DNA from: a bacterium
GTDB taxonomy: Bacteria; UBA8248
Direction of reading: 5' to 3'
Assembly: GCA_965199855.1 (NCBI GenBank)
Contig: OZ241326.1
Coordinates: 704,001 to 768,000 of the forward strand
DNA length: 64,000 nucleotides
Shown: positions 8,461 to 17,580 of the stretch, piece by piece
Position numbering within the stretch: position 1 is the first letter of the stretch
Layout: every line of letters begins with the position of its first letter
Notes under the pieces: generated by a model
The model's input: only the letters and a program-made list of their open reading frames with translations
What the model was told of the DNA's origin: nothing
Database searches by the model: none
Made by a program: the position numbers and the translations under genes

Positions 8461-10233
8461 ATGGCCGCCGAGGATTCCGAAGCGCCGTCGGGCGTTCGCT
8501 ACGAGCCCGACGAGAAGCCGCCCGCCCCGCTCGCCGTCGGCCTGGGCCTGCAGCTCGCCCTCCTCAACGTCGCCGGCGTGGTGCTGACGCCCGCCATCGT
8601 GGTGCGCGCCGGGGGCGGAACCGAGGCGTTCCTCTCCTGGGCGGTGTTCGCGGCGGTGGCGGTCTGCGGCCTGACGACGGCGCTTCAGGCGCGCCGGCTG
8701 GGGAGAATCGGCGCGGGCTACGTGCTCCTCATGGGCACCTCCGGCGCCTTCATCGCGGTCTGCATCGCCGCGCTCGCACAGGGCGGCCCGCCGATGCTCG
8801 CCACGCTCGTGGTCGTCTCCTCGCTCTTCCAGTTCGCGCTCGCGGCGCGGCTCTCGCTGTTCCGGCGCGTCCTGACGCCGACGGTGGCGGGCGTGGTGCT
8901 CATGCTGATAGCGGTGACGGTGATGCCGGTCATCTTCGGGATGCTGGAGGACGTCCCCGAGGGAAGCCCGCCCGCCGCCGCCCCCCTGAGCGCGCTGACG
9001 ACCCTGCTCGTCATCACCGGCGTCGCGCTCAAGGCCCGCGGCGCGGCGCGCCTCTGGGCGCCCGTCATCGGCGTCGCGGCGGGCTCGATCGTCGGCGCCT
9101 TCTTCGGCCTCTACGACGCGGGGCGCGTGGCCGGCGCCGCGTGGATGGGGCTGCCCGAGGGGAGCTGGCCGGGCTTCGACCTGGAGTTCGGCCCCGCCTT
9201 CTGGGCGCTCCTTCCCGCCTTCGCGTTCGTGACCCTGGTGGGCGCCATCGAGACGATCGGCGATTCCGTCGCCATCCAGCGCGTCTCCTGGCGCAGGCCC
9301 CGGGCGGTGGACTTCCGCGCGGTGCAGGGCGCCCTGGCCGCGGACGGGACGGGCAACCTGCTCTCCGGCCTGGCGGGGACGATGCCCAACACGACCTATT
9401 CGACGAGCATATCGGTGACCGAGCTCACCGGCGTGGGCGCGCGCGGGGTGGGCGCAGCCGCGGGCGCCGCGTTCCTCGCCATGGCGTTCTCGCCCAAGCT
9501 GATCGCCGTGGTGCTGGCGATTCCGGCCCCGGTCGCCGCGGCCTACCTCGCCGTGCTGCTGGCGATGCTCTTCACGGTCGGCATGAAGGTGGTCGTCCAG
9601 GACGGGCTCGACTACCGCAAGGGGCTGGTGGCCGGCGTCGCCTTCTGGATCGGCGTGGGCTTTCAGAACGGGGCGATATTCCCCGGCTACTTCCCGGAGT
9701 TCCTGGGCGCGCTCCTCAAGAACGGGATGACGGCGGGCGGCCTGGCGGCCGTCCTGATGACCCTGTTCCTGGAGGCGGCCGAGCCCGGGCGCGCGCGCAT
9801 CGAGACGGCCTTCGAGACCGCCGCGCTGCCGAAGATACGGGAGTTCCTCGGCGCGTTCGCCTCGCGCAGCGGCTGGGACGAGGCGATGGCGAGCCGCCTC
9901 GAGGCGGCCAGCGAGGAGACCCTGCTGACGCTCATGCGCGGGGAGGAGGCGCGGCGGGCGCCCGGGCGGCGCCTGCTGCTGATCGCGCGCAGGGAGGAGG
10001 GGGGCGCGACGCTCGAATTCGTCGTTGCGAGCGGGGAGGCGAACCTCCAGGACAGAATCGCGCTCCTCGGCGAGCGGACGGCCGGCGCGCCGCCCTACGC
10101 GGAGGCGTCGCTCCGGCTGCTGCGGCGCTTCGCCTCCTCGGTTCGCCACCAGCAGTACCACGACGCGGACATCGTGATCCTCCGCGTGGAGCCTCCGGCG
10201 AAGCGCGGCGGCGGGGCGGGAGCGGGGCGGTGA
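8461..10233 (+). CDS. NCS2 (xanthine/uracil permease) family transporter with a C-terminal degenerate RsbW-like HATPase domain
   Basis: RYEPDEKPP start, GTSGAF, TPTVAG, ETIGD, PNTTY; many TM helices, then a soluble tail of about 145 aa. Confidence 0.85.
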   Translation: MAAEDSEAPSGVRYEPDEKPPAPLAVGLGLQLALLNVAGVVLTPAIVVRAGGGTEAFLSWAVFAAVAVCGLTTALQARRLGRIGAGYVLLMGTSGAFIAVCIAALAQGGPPMLATLVVVSSLFQFALAARLSLFRRVLTPTVAGVVLMLIAVTVMPVIFGMLEDVPEGSPPAAAPLSALTTLLVITGVALKARGAARLWAPVIGVAAGSIVGAFFGLYDAGRVAGAAWMGLPEGSWPGFDLEFGPAFWALLPAFAFVTLVGAIETIGDSVAIQRVSWRRPRAVDFRAVQGALAADGTGNLLSGLAGTMPNTTYSTSISVTELTGVGARGVGAAAGAAFLAMAFSPKLIAVVLAIPAPVAAAYLAVLLAMLFTVGMKVVVQDGLDYRKGLVAGVAFWIGVGFQNGAIFPGYFPEFLGALLKNGMTAGGLAAVLMTLFLEAAEPGRARIETAFETAALPKIREFLGAFASRSGWDEAMASRLEAASEETLLTLMRGEEARRAPGRRLLLIARREEGGATLEFVVASGEANLQDRIALLGERTAGAPPYAEASLRLLRRFASSVRHQQYHDADIVILRVEPPAKRGGGAGAGR

Positions 10234-10328
10234 GTTGCGCCCCGCGCGGATTTTTTTATACATTCGGGGAGGCCCGAAGGCGCGGGAGCGCTTTTTCGGG
10301 AATCGGAAGGAAATCGAGGGGCCGATAA

Positions 10329-11495
10329 ATGGAAGAGCCTTACAGGATACTCGTCGTCGACGACGAGCCCGACGTCGAGCAGCTCGTCCTGCAGCGGATG
10401 CGCCGCGAGATTCGCCGCGGCCGCTACGAGTTCGTCTTCGCGCGCAACGGGCTGGAGGCGCTCGAGCGCCTGAAGACGGACGACGAAATCGACATGGTGC
10501 TCACGGACATCAACATGCCGGAGATGGACGGCCTCACGCTGCTCAAGCAGATATCGTCGCTCGATCTGAACCTGCGCTGCGTTGTCGTCTCGGCCTACGG
10601 CGACATGAAGAACATCCGCACGGCGATGAACAGGGGCGCGTTCGACTTCGTCACGAAGCCGATAGACTTCGAGGATCTGAAGATCACCATCGACCGCACC
10701 CTGAGCCACCTGGCCATGCTCCGCGAGGCGCTCGAGGCGCGCGACAAGCTGGTCGCCATCCGGAGCGACCTCGCCCTCGCCAGCAGCATGCAGCAGGCGA
10801 TTCTGCCGACGAAGTTCCCCGAAACCCCGGAATACCAGGTATTCGCGAGCATGGAGGCCGCCCGCGACGTGGGCGGCGACTTCTTCGACGTGATGCGCCT
10901 CTCCGACGGCCTCGTCGGCATCACGGTCGCCGACGTCTCGGGCAAGGGCGTGACCGCCGCCCTCTTCATGATGTCCAGCCGCACCCTGCTCCGCAGCGTC
11001 GCCGTCGCCCGCTCCGACCCCGCCGAGGTGCTGACCGAGGTCAACCGCCTGCTCCAGGAGAACAACGAGGCGGCGATGTTCGTCACCGTCTTCCTCGCGG
11101 TCTTCGACCCGGCGAGCGGGCGGCTCGTCTGCGCGAACGGCGGCCACAACCCCCCGCTCATCGTCCACGCCGACGGAACGTCGAACCTGCTGCCCCAGAA
11201 GCCGGGGGTCGCCCTCGGGGTGGTGCCCGACCTCGCGTATGAGAAGAGCGAGGCGTCCCTCGCCCCCGGCGACGCCATCGTCCTCTACACCGACGGGGTG
11301 ACGGAGGCCGAGAACGCCGCCCAGGAGCAGTTCGGGGTCGAGCGGCTGCGCGGAATCTTCGCGGATTCGCCGCCGGGCGACGCCCGCGAGACGAACACGG
11401 CGGTGTTCCGGGCGGTGCGCGAATTCGCGGGCGACGCGCCGCAGTTCGACGACATCACCTGCCTGACGCTTTACCGCGCCGGAGCGGACGGATGA
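10329..11495 (+). CDS. REC + SpoIIE/PP2C phosphatase (RsbU/RsbY-like)
   Basis: ILVVDDE, LTDINMP and FVTKP receiver motifs; VGGDFFD, ADVSGKG, MFVT, LYTDGVTEA and DDIT phosphatase motifs. Confidence 0.95.
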   Translation: MEEPYRILVVDDEPDVEQLVLQRMRREIRRGRYEFVFARNGLEALERLKTDDEIDMVLTDINMPEMDGLTLLKQISSLDLNLRCVVVSAYGDMKNIRTAMNRGAFDFVTKPIDFEDLKITIDRTLSHLAMLREALEARDKLVAIRSDLALASSMQQAILPTKFPETPEYQVFASMEAARDVGGDFFDVMRLSDGLVGITVADVSGKGVTAALFMMSSRTLLRSVAVARSDPAEVLTEVNRLLQENNEAAMFVTVFLAVFDPASGRLVCANGGHNPPLIVHADGTSNLLPQKPGVALGVVPDLAYEKSEASLAPGDAIVLYTDGVTEAENAAQEQFGVERLRGIFADSPPGDARETNTAVFRAVREFAGDAPQFDDITCLTLYRAGADG

Positions 11496-11914
11496 GCGCG
11501 AGGCTCTCCCTGCGCATGAAGCTGCGCGCCGAGGAGCTCACGCGCGTCGCCGCCGCCGTCTCGGAGTTCGCGGGGGCGCAGGAGTGGCCGCCCGAGATGG
11601 AGTTCCAGATCAATCTCGCGCTCGAGGAGCTGGGGCTCAACATCATCAACCACGGACACGACGACCCCGAGGGACGCGAGGTCGAGTTCGAGATCGTCTC
11701 GGAGGCGGAGTCGGTGACCATCGAGATCGCGGACGACGGCCGGCCGTTCGACCCGATGACCGAGGCGCCCGCGCCGGACACCGAATCGGACATTGAGGAT
11801 CGTCCGGTGGGCGGCCTGGGCGTCCATCTGGTGCGGACGATGATGGACGAGGCGCGCTACAGGCGCGAGGGAGAGAAAAACCGCCTGACCCTCGTCAAGC
11901 GGAGGGTCGAATGA
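11492..11914 (+). CDS. RsbW/SpoIIAB-like anti-sigma factor Ser kinase
   Basis: LALEELGLNIINHG (N box), DDGRPFDP (G1), GGLGVHLVR (G2). Confidence 0.95.
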   Translation: MSARLSLRMKLRAEELTRVAAAVSEFAGAQEWPPEMEFQINLALEELGLNIINHGHDDPEGREVEFEIVSEAESVTIEIADDGRPFDPMTEAPAPDTESDIEDRPVGGLGVHLVRTMMDEARYRREGEKNRLTLVKRRVE

Positions 11915-13092
11915 GCCGCCCGCGCCCCTTCCGCCGCGCGCTTTCGGCTCTTGCGGGCGCGGCGCTCTGCGCGGCGTCGGCCGCGCAGGCGGCCGACGCC
12001 GTCCCGGGCGTTTCCGGAGAGCGCGTTCTCTTCGGCCAGTCCGCCGCCCTGAGCGGCCCCGCCAAGGATCTGGGCGAGAACATGCGGCTCGGCATCGAGG
12101 CCGCCTTCCGGGCGGCGAACGAGAGCGGCGGCGTCCACGGGCGCCGGCTCGAGCTCACCTCCGCCGACGACAGCGGAGAGCCCGAAGCCGCCGTCGCCAA
12201 CACCCGCAGACTCATCGAGGAGGAGAAGGTTTTCGCGCTCATCGGCGCGGTCGGGGCTCCCACCTCGCGCGCGGCCGCGCCGGTCGCCGCCAAGGCGGGC
12301 GCGCCCTACATCGCGCCCTTCACCGGCGCCGCCTTCCTGCGCGATCCCAAATGGAAGAACGTCATCAATCTGCGCGCCTCCTATTTCCAGGAGACCGAGG
12401 AGATGGTCGAGCGCCTGATCGAGGATTTGGGAATCGACCGCATCGCCGTGTTCTACCAGGATGATTCCTTCGGCCTGTCGGGCTACCACGGCGTTCGCCG
12501 CGCCCTCGCGCGGCGCGGCCTGAAGCCCGCGGCCATCGGGGTGTATCCCCGGAACACGACGGCGGTCAAGACGGCCCTGCTCGACCTGCGGCGCCAAAAG
12601 CCGGGCGCGGTCGTCCTCGTCGGTGCCTATCGGCCGGTCGCGGCCCTGATCGCCTGGGCGCGGCACGTGGGGGTGAATCCGGTTTTCGTGACGATCTCCT
12701 TCGTGGGCGGCCGCGCGCTCGTGCGCGAACTCGGCCCCGCCGGCGTGGGGGTCTTCGTCACGCAGGTGGTTCCCTTCCCGACGGCGAAGGATCTCCCGAT
12801 CGCGGCGGCCTACCGCCGGGCGCTGGAGGCTCACGCGCCCGGCGCGCCCCCCGGCTTCGTCTCTTTCGAGGGCTATCTAGCCGGCCGGCTGGCCGTCCGC
12901 GCCCTCGAACTCTGCGGGCGGGAACTCAGGCGTGCCTGCCTTCTCGACAGCCTGCGCCGCGAGGCCGTCATCGACCTGGACGGGTTCAAGCTGCGCTTCG
13001 GGAAGGACGACAACCAGGGTTCGGACGCGGTGTTCCTCACCGTCATCGCCGCGCGGGGGCGCTACCTCCCGATCCGGACGATGAAGCGGTGA
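11911..13092 (+). CDS. periplasmic binding protein (LivJ-like family), with no adjacent ABC permease
   Basis: Signal peptide ending AQA; GQSAALSGPA, GGVHGR.L, VFALIGAVG, RASY..E. Confidence 0.9.
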   Translation: MSRPRPFRRALSALAGAALCAASAAQAADAVPGVSGERVLFGQSAALSGPAKDLGENMRLGIEAAFRAANESGGVHGRRLELTSADDSGEPEAAVANTRRLIEEEKVFALIGAVGAPTSRAAAPVAAKAGAPYIAPFTGAAFLRDPKWKNVINLRASYFQETEEMVERLIEDLGIDRIAVFYQDDSFGLSGYHGVRRALARRGLKPAAIGVYPRNTTAVKTALLDLRRQKPGAVVLVGAYRPVAALIAWARHVGVNPVFVTISFVGGRALVRELGPAGVGVFVTQVVPFPTAKDLPIAAAYRRALEAHAPGAPPGFVSFEGYLAGRLAVRALELCGRELRRACLLDSLRREAVIDLDGFKLRFGKDDNQGSDAVFLTVIAARGRYLPIRTMKR

Positions 13093-15296
13093 GCGGAACC
13101 GTGATCGAATCGCTGAAGCGTCTGCTCCAAAGCCGCTCCCGAATCTCGACGCAGCTCTATCTGGGCATCGGCGGCGCCGTGGTTCTCACCGTCATAGCGA
13201 GCCTGGTGGGCTGGATCTCGTTCGACCGGGTCGGCGACGCCCAGAGCCGCGTGAACGAGTCCAGCGTTCCGCTGCTGGCGTCCGCTTTCCGGGTCGCCGG
13301 GAGAAGCGCCGATCTGGTGGTCGCCGCGCCGCGCCTGGCCGCGGTCGAGGACCCCGACGACCTGGCGCGGATCGCCAGCAGGGTCGAGAAGGATCGGGAG
13401 GTGTTCGAGGCGGAGCTGGGCGCGCTGACGCGCACGGGCGGGGAGGCGGAGCGCTTCAGGCGCATCATCGAGCGGGGAAAGGCGCTGATCGCCAACATCG
13501 AGGCCATCAAGGCTTTGGTGCTCCGGCGCTTCGACCTCCTCGATCTGCGGGATACGCTCAGCCTGGAGCTCACGTGGCTGCGCAAGGAACTGGAGAACAT
13601 CCTGCTCCCCGCGATAGACGATCAGCTCTTCTTCGTGATGACGGGCTACCGCAGCCTGGACGACGGGCCCGCGCCCTGGGAGGAGCACTTCTCGGAGGAG
13701 GAATTCGTCCTTTATCGCTACATGGCCGAACTGCATACCGACGCCGCCATCGGAACGCAGGCTCTGGCGGCCGCCTTCAACGTCCCGGACGCCGCTCTTA
13801 TCGAACCGCTGCGGGAGCGCTTCGAGGCCGTGGTGCGCGGCGTCAGACGCCGCCTGGCCTCGCTTGGAAAGGCGCCCGTGCGGGCCAAGCTCGCGCCCCA
13901 CTTCGACCGGATGATCGAGCTGGGCGTCGGGCGGGCGGGGGGCTTCAACCTGCGCGCGCGCGAGCTGGCGATCTCCGAGCGGCTGCGGGAGCTGCTCTCG
14001 AGCAACGGCGACCTCGCCGTGGACCTCCTGAGCGAGACCGAGAGCCTGGTGAAAGCGGCGCGGGAAAGCGCGCGGGAGGCCACGCTGGCCTCCGGCGAGG
14101 CGATTCGCACCGGGCGAAATCTGCTCCTCTCGCTGAGCTTCGTCAGCGTCGTCGCGGCGGTGCTCATCGCCTGGCTGTTCGTCGGCCGGGTGCTGTCGCG
14201 CCGGCTCGGGCGGCTTTCGGATCGGATGCGCCGCATGGCCGACGGCGACCTGGAGGCGGAGGTAGACATCGGCGGGAGCGACGAGGTCTCGGAGATGGCC
14301 GCCGCGCTCGAGGTGTTCCGCCGCCACGCCCTGGAGGTGCAGCGCCTGAACCTGGTGGAGAAGCTGGCCGATGAGCTCAAGGGCAAGAACGATCAGCTCG
14401 AGAGCACGCTGGGCGAACTCGAGAAGGCGCAGGATCAGATCGTCATGCGCGAGAAGCTGGCGGCGCTCGGCGAACTGACGGCGGGCGTCGCCCACGAGAT
14501 CAGGAATCCGCTGAACTTCATCAAGAATTTTTCGGAAGTCTCCGAGGAGCTGATGGAGGAGCTGCAGGAGGAGCTGGAGAAAGTCCTCGGCGGAGGCGGG
14601 AACGGCTCAGGCGAAGACGGCGGCGGCGGGAGCGGGAACGGGAAGAAGGAGGAGGACGCGGGCGGGCTGATCCGCGAGATCGGCGGCGACCTGACCGAGA
14701 ACCTCAAGCGCATCCGCGAGCACGGCGAGCGCGCCAACAACATCGTGCAGAGCATGCTGATGATGGGCAGGGGCTCGAGCGATCGGCAGCCGACGAACAT
14801 CAATGCCGTGATCTCCGAGCACGCGCGGCTCGCCTACCACAGCGCCCGGGCGGTGGACCCGGATTTCCGCCTCACGATGGAGGAGGAGTTCGACGAGGAC
14901 ATCGGGGAATACGAGGCCATCCCGCAGGATCTGGGCCGCGTCTTCCTGAACATGGTCAGCAACGCCTGCTACGCCACCGACGAGAGGCGGCGCGCGATCG
15001 AGGCCGGGGAAAAGAAGCTGGCGGAGGGCGCGCCGCGCTACGAGCCTCTCCTGCGCCTCGTCACCCGGAGCCTGCCGGATCGCATCGAGGTTCGCGTCCG
15101 CGACAACGGAAGCGGAATGCCGCCGGACGTCATCGAAAAGATATTCAACCCCTTCTTCACGACCAAGCCGACGGACAAGGGCACGGGCCTGGGACTCTCC
15201 CTCTGCAACGACATCGTGCGCGAGCACGGGGGAAGCATCCGGGTCGAATCCGCGCCTGACGAGTTCACGGAGATGATCGTCGAACTGCCCCGGTAG
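13089..15296 (+). CDS. sensor histidine kinase with TorS-like periplasmic domain, HAMP, HisKA and HATPase
   Basis: Two TM segments around a large helical periplasmic domain; H box AGVAHEIRNPLN; N box FLNMVSNA; DNGSG, FNPFFTTK, GTGLGL. Confidence 0.93.
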   Translation: MSGTVIESLKRLLQSRSRISTQLYLGIGGAVVLTVIASLVGWISFDRVGDAQSRVNESSVPLLASAFRVAGRSADLVVAAPRLAAVEDPDDLARIASRVEKDREVFEAELGALTRTGGEAERFRRIIERGKALIANIEAIKALVLRRFDLLDLRDTLSLELTWLRKELENILLPAIDDQLFFVMTGYRSLDDGPAPWEEHFSEEEFVLYRYMAELHTDAAIGTQALAAAFNVPDAALIEPLRERFEAVVRGVRRRLASLGKAPVRAKLAPHFDRMIELGVGRAGGFNLRARELAISERLRELLSSNGDLAVDLLSETESLVKAARESAREATLASGEAIRTGRNLLLSLSFVSVVAAVLIAWLFVGRVLSRRLGRLSDRMRRMADGDLEAEVDIGGSDEVSEMAAALEVFRRHALEVQRLNLVEKLADELKGKNDQLESTLGELEKAQDQIVMREKLAALGELTAGVAHEIRNPLNFIKNFSEVSEELMEELQEELEKVLGGGGNGSGEDGGGGSGNGKKEEDAGGLIREIGGDLTENLKRIREHGERANNIVQSMLMMGRGSSDRQPTNINAVISEHARLAYHSARAVDPDFRLTMEEEFDEDIGEYEAIPQDLGRVFLNMVSNACYATDERRRAIEAGEKKLAEGAPRYEPLLRLVTRSLPDRIEVRVRDNGSGMPPDVIEKIFNPFFTTKPTDKGTGLGLSLCNDIVREHGGSIRVESAPDEFTEMIVELPR

Positions 15297-15392
15297 GCGG
15301 GAAGGCTCCTGCGGATGGGCGCGGGGAGGCCGGGGACGGGAAGGCGCCCCCCGGCCCGAAGCCGCCCCGGGCGGGAGGGCCGCTTCCGCTCC

Positions 15393-15731
15393 TCAGCCGG
15401 CGGTCGCGGCGAGCGCCTCCTCCTTGGTGGCGCGGAGCTGGATGATGTGGTCGAAGCCGGATATCTCGAACACCTCGCGTATCAGATCCCCGAGCGCGTA
15501 TAGCGCGAACTTCGCGTCCCGCTGCCCGAGGTACTTGGCGATCAGCAGGACGGCGCGAAGGCCGGCGCTGCTGATGTAGGAGACGCTCTCGAAATTCACG
15601 ATGACGGCGCGGTCGCTCTCGCCGATCGCCGTCTTTATCGCGTTCTCGAACTCCGGGGCGGTGACGCCGTCAATGCGCCCATCGACCTGGACAACCAGCG
15701 TTCCGTCTTCTCGCTCGATCTTGGTCTCCAT
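15393..15731 (-). CDS. STAS-domain anti-sigma factor antagonist (RsbV/SpoIIAA-like)
   Basis: GRIDG..APEF; YISSAGLR with the phosphorylatable Ser; VFEISGF. ATG at 15731. Confidence 0.95.
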   Translation of the reverse strand: METKIEREDGTLVVQVDGRIDGVTAPEFENAIKTAIGESDRAVIVNFESVSYISSAGLRAVLLIAKYLGQRDAKFALYALGDLIREVFEISGFDHIIQLRATKEEALAATAG

Positions 15732-16044
15732 TCTCGGCCTTGCCTCCTCATGCCTGGATGGTTCCTGATAAGCGCTCGCCGGCGCGCGTCGAGCCGATGG
15801 GCCGGGAGCGGCCCGGCGCAATCATACATCAGGCGTCCGCCGATTCGTCAACCCCCGCTCCGGCCAACGCTCGCGCCCGCGTCATCTTTTCGTTGCCCCC
15901 GAGTATATCAAAATATCGCCGCGTTCCGCAACTCATCGCCGCGCCGGAGTTCGGTTCGGCGGAGGCGTCCCCGGGGCTTCCCGCGCGCGGGCGATCATCC
16001 CGTCGGCGCCGGCGCCCGGGCTTCGAGGCGGCGCGCGGCCTCCC

Positions 16045-16190
16045 GCAGGGGGCGTTCGGGAACGCCCCGACGCCTCTGATGCGAACGCCCCTTGAATGCG
16101 GGCGGTTCACGAACCGCCCCTACGAAACCCTCGCCGTCCGCGCCCGTGGGTGAAGCGCCGAGGGGCGCTTCCCACACATTCATGCGTCCC
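16045..16190. repeat. small cluster of REP-like GC hairpins
   Basis: GCAGGGGGCGTTCGGGAACGCCCC, GGGCGGTTCACGAACCGCCCCTAC and GTGAAGCGCCGAGGGGCGCTTC; the same families recur at 45.6-48.4 kb. Confidence 0.75.
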
Positions 16191-16520
16191 GTTTCGCTCC
16201 GTGAAAGCCGCGCGTGAATGTCTGCGAATTTCTGCAAAATCCGACAAATTCAAGGCCAATATAGACAAATACGCAGCTATTTCCCGTCCTTTTTCGACCC
16301 TTTTGAGACCCCTTTGACCATCCTTTGAGCATCCCGCCGGCCCCCGATTCGCCCGCCTTCCCTCCCCCCGCGGGCGCACCCCTCCCGCATCGTGAATATA
16401 CCCCGCCCCGCCCGCCTCCCGAAGCCGCAGATGCGGGCAGATGCGGGCAAATGCGCGCGAGGCTCCTCCGTGGGGCGATTCGGCGGCGCGATTTTCGGGG
16501 AAAATACTCGTTTTCCGGAT
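16099..16520 (-). repeat. dispersed long repeat, copy A
   Basis: Reverse complement aligns with 41900-42200 and 45770-46168; for example TCAAAGGGGTCTCAAAAGGGTCGAAAAAGGACGGGAAATAGCTGCGTATTTGTCT is shared with copy B. Confidence 0.9.
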
Positions 16521-16646
16521 GCGCCTCCCGAGTCCCGGGGCGGCTTCGGGGAGGGACGCCCCTGCGGAGGCGGTCGTTCGCGCAGCCAGCGGGGGCATTC
16601 GCTCCGACGGGGAGGGGCGGCCGGCGGCGTTTTGGGGCGAGCCGAA

Positions 16647-17495
16647 TCAGCATCCAGGCGAGCGAGGTGGGGCTTTTTCGCCCGCCGCGCACCAGTAGGG
16701 GGCGGAATCGGACGCGCGGACGTTTTCGAGCCCCGCCCTTTCGAGCATCTCCACGACCTGCTTTCTCGTGAACCTTCTCTCCAGCCTCGTGGAGAACCTG
16801 TCGAGCGCGTCGGTTCGCATCGTGTAGAAGCTCAAGTCCGCGTAGTAGCTCAGGGGGATGCGCTCGACGCTCCGGCCCCGGGCGGCCAGCGTCCTCGAAA
16901 GCCGCGCCAGGGGAAGATAGACGCAAAGCGCGATGAGGTCGCAGATGTGTTTCTTCACCGCGAAGGGAAGCCGCGAGATCATCCTTCGCAAGGCGTCCGA
17001 AGCCCGCCAGATCGCCCGGAACCAGAGGGGCCGGTTGTCGAAGGCGTAATACAGATAAACGAGAAAGGGCGCGCCGGGCTTCAGGAGCTCGACGCATTCT
17101 CGGACGCCCTCCGTCGCGTCGGGAACGTGGTGCAGCACCCCCAGGGAGTAGCCGAAATCCATGGAGCCTCTCGCCAGCGGAATCGCATCGACGCTCGCGC
17201 GGATGAATTCGACGTTGGCGCAGGCGGCGCAGTTTCTTCTGGCGGCGTCCAGCGCCTTCTCGCTCGCGTCGAGGCAGTAGAGCTTCCCCGCGCGCGGAGC
17301 GAACAGTCTGGCCCAGCGTCCGCTGCCGCATCCCAGGTCGAAGCCGACGGCGCGCGCGTCCACCTTCTCCCACGGAAAAACCGAAAAGTAGTCGTTGAAT
17401 CGCTTTCGGGCTTCCTCCGCGGAGAGCGCGGTCTGGTCGAAGCGCGCCCATTCCTCCCCGAAGTCCGCGACCGTGGCGTCGTCCTGGTTCTTCAC
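16647..17495 (-). CDS. class I SAM-dependent methyltransferase
   Basis: FDLGCGSGRW, YSLGVLHH, LKPGA motifs. Confidence 0.92.
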   Translation of the reverse strand: MKNQDDATVADFGEEWARFDQTALSAEEARKRFNDYFSVFPWEKVDARAVGFDLGCGSGRWARLFAPRAGKLYCLDASEKALDAARRNCAACANVEFIRASVDAIPLARGSMDFGYSLGVLHHVPDATEGVRECVELLKPGAPFLVYLYYAFDNRPLWFRAIWRASDALRRMISRLPFAVKKHICDLIALCVYLPLARLSRTLAARGRSVERIPLSYYADLSFYTMRTDALDRFSTRLERRFTRKQVVEMLERAGLENVRASDSAPYWCAAGEKAPPRSPGC

Positions 17496-17580
17496 GCGGG
17501 CTCCTGAAAAAAACCCTGGTTCGATAAGCGGGGCGCATCCTGCCGCGGCGCGCGGGTCGGCGGGGAGAAAGCGCGGTTCG

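Noticed and set aside
16107-16598. Protein-coding interpretation of the long repeat (also 45522-46127 and 41757-42161)
   Set aside because: Copy B is frameshifted by 11 bp, differences between copies are not mainly synonymous, and no shared start is evident. Not fully excluded.
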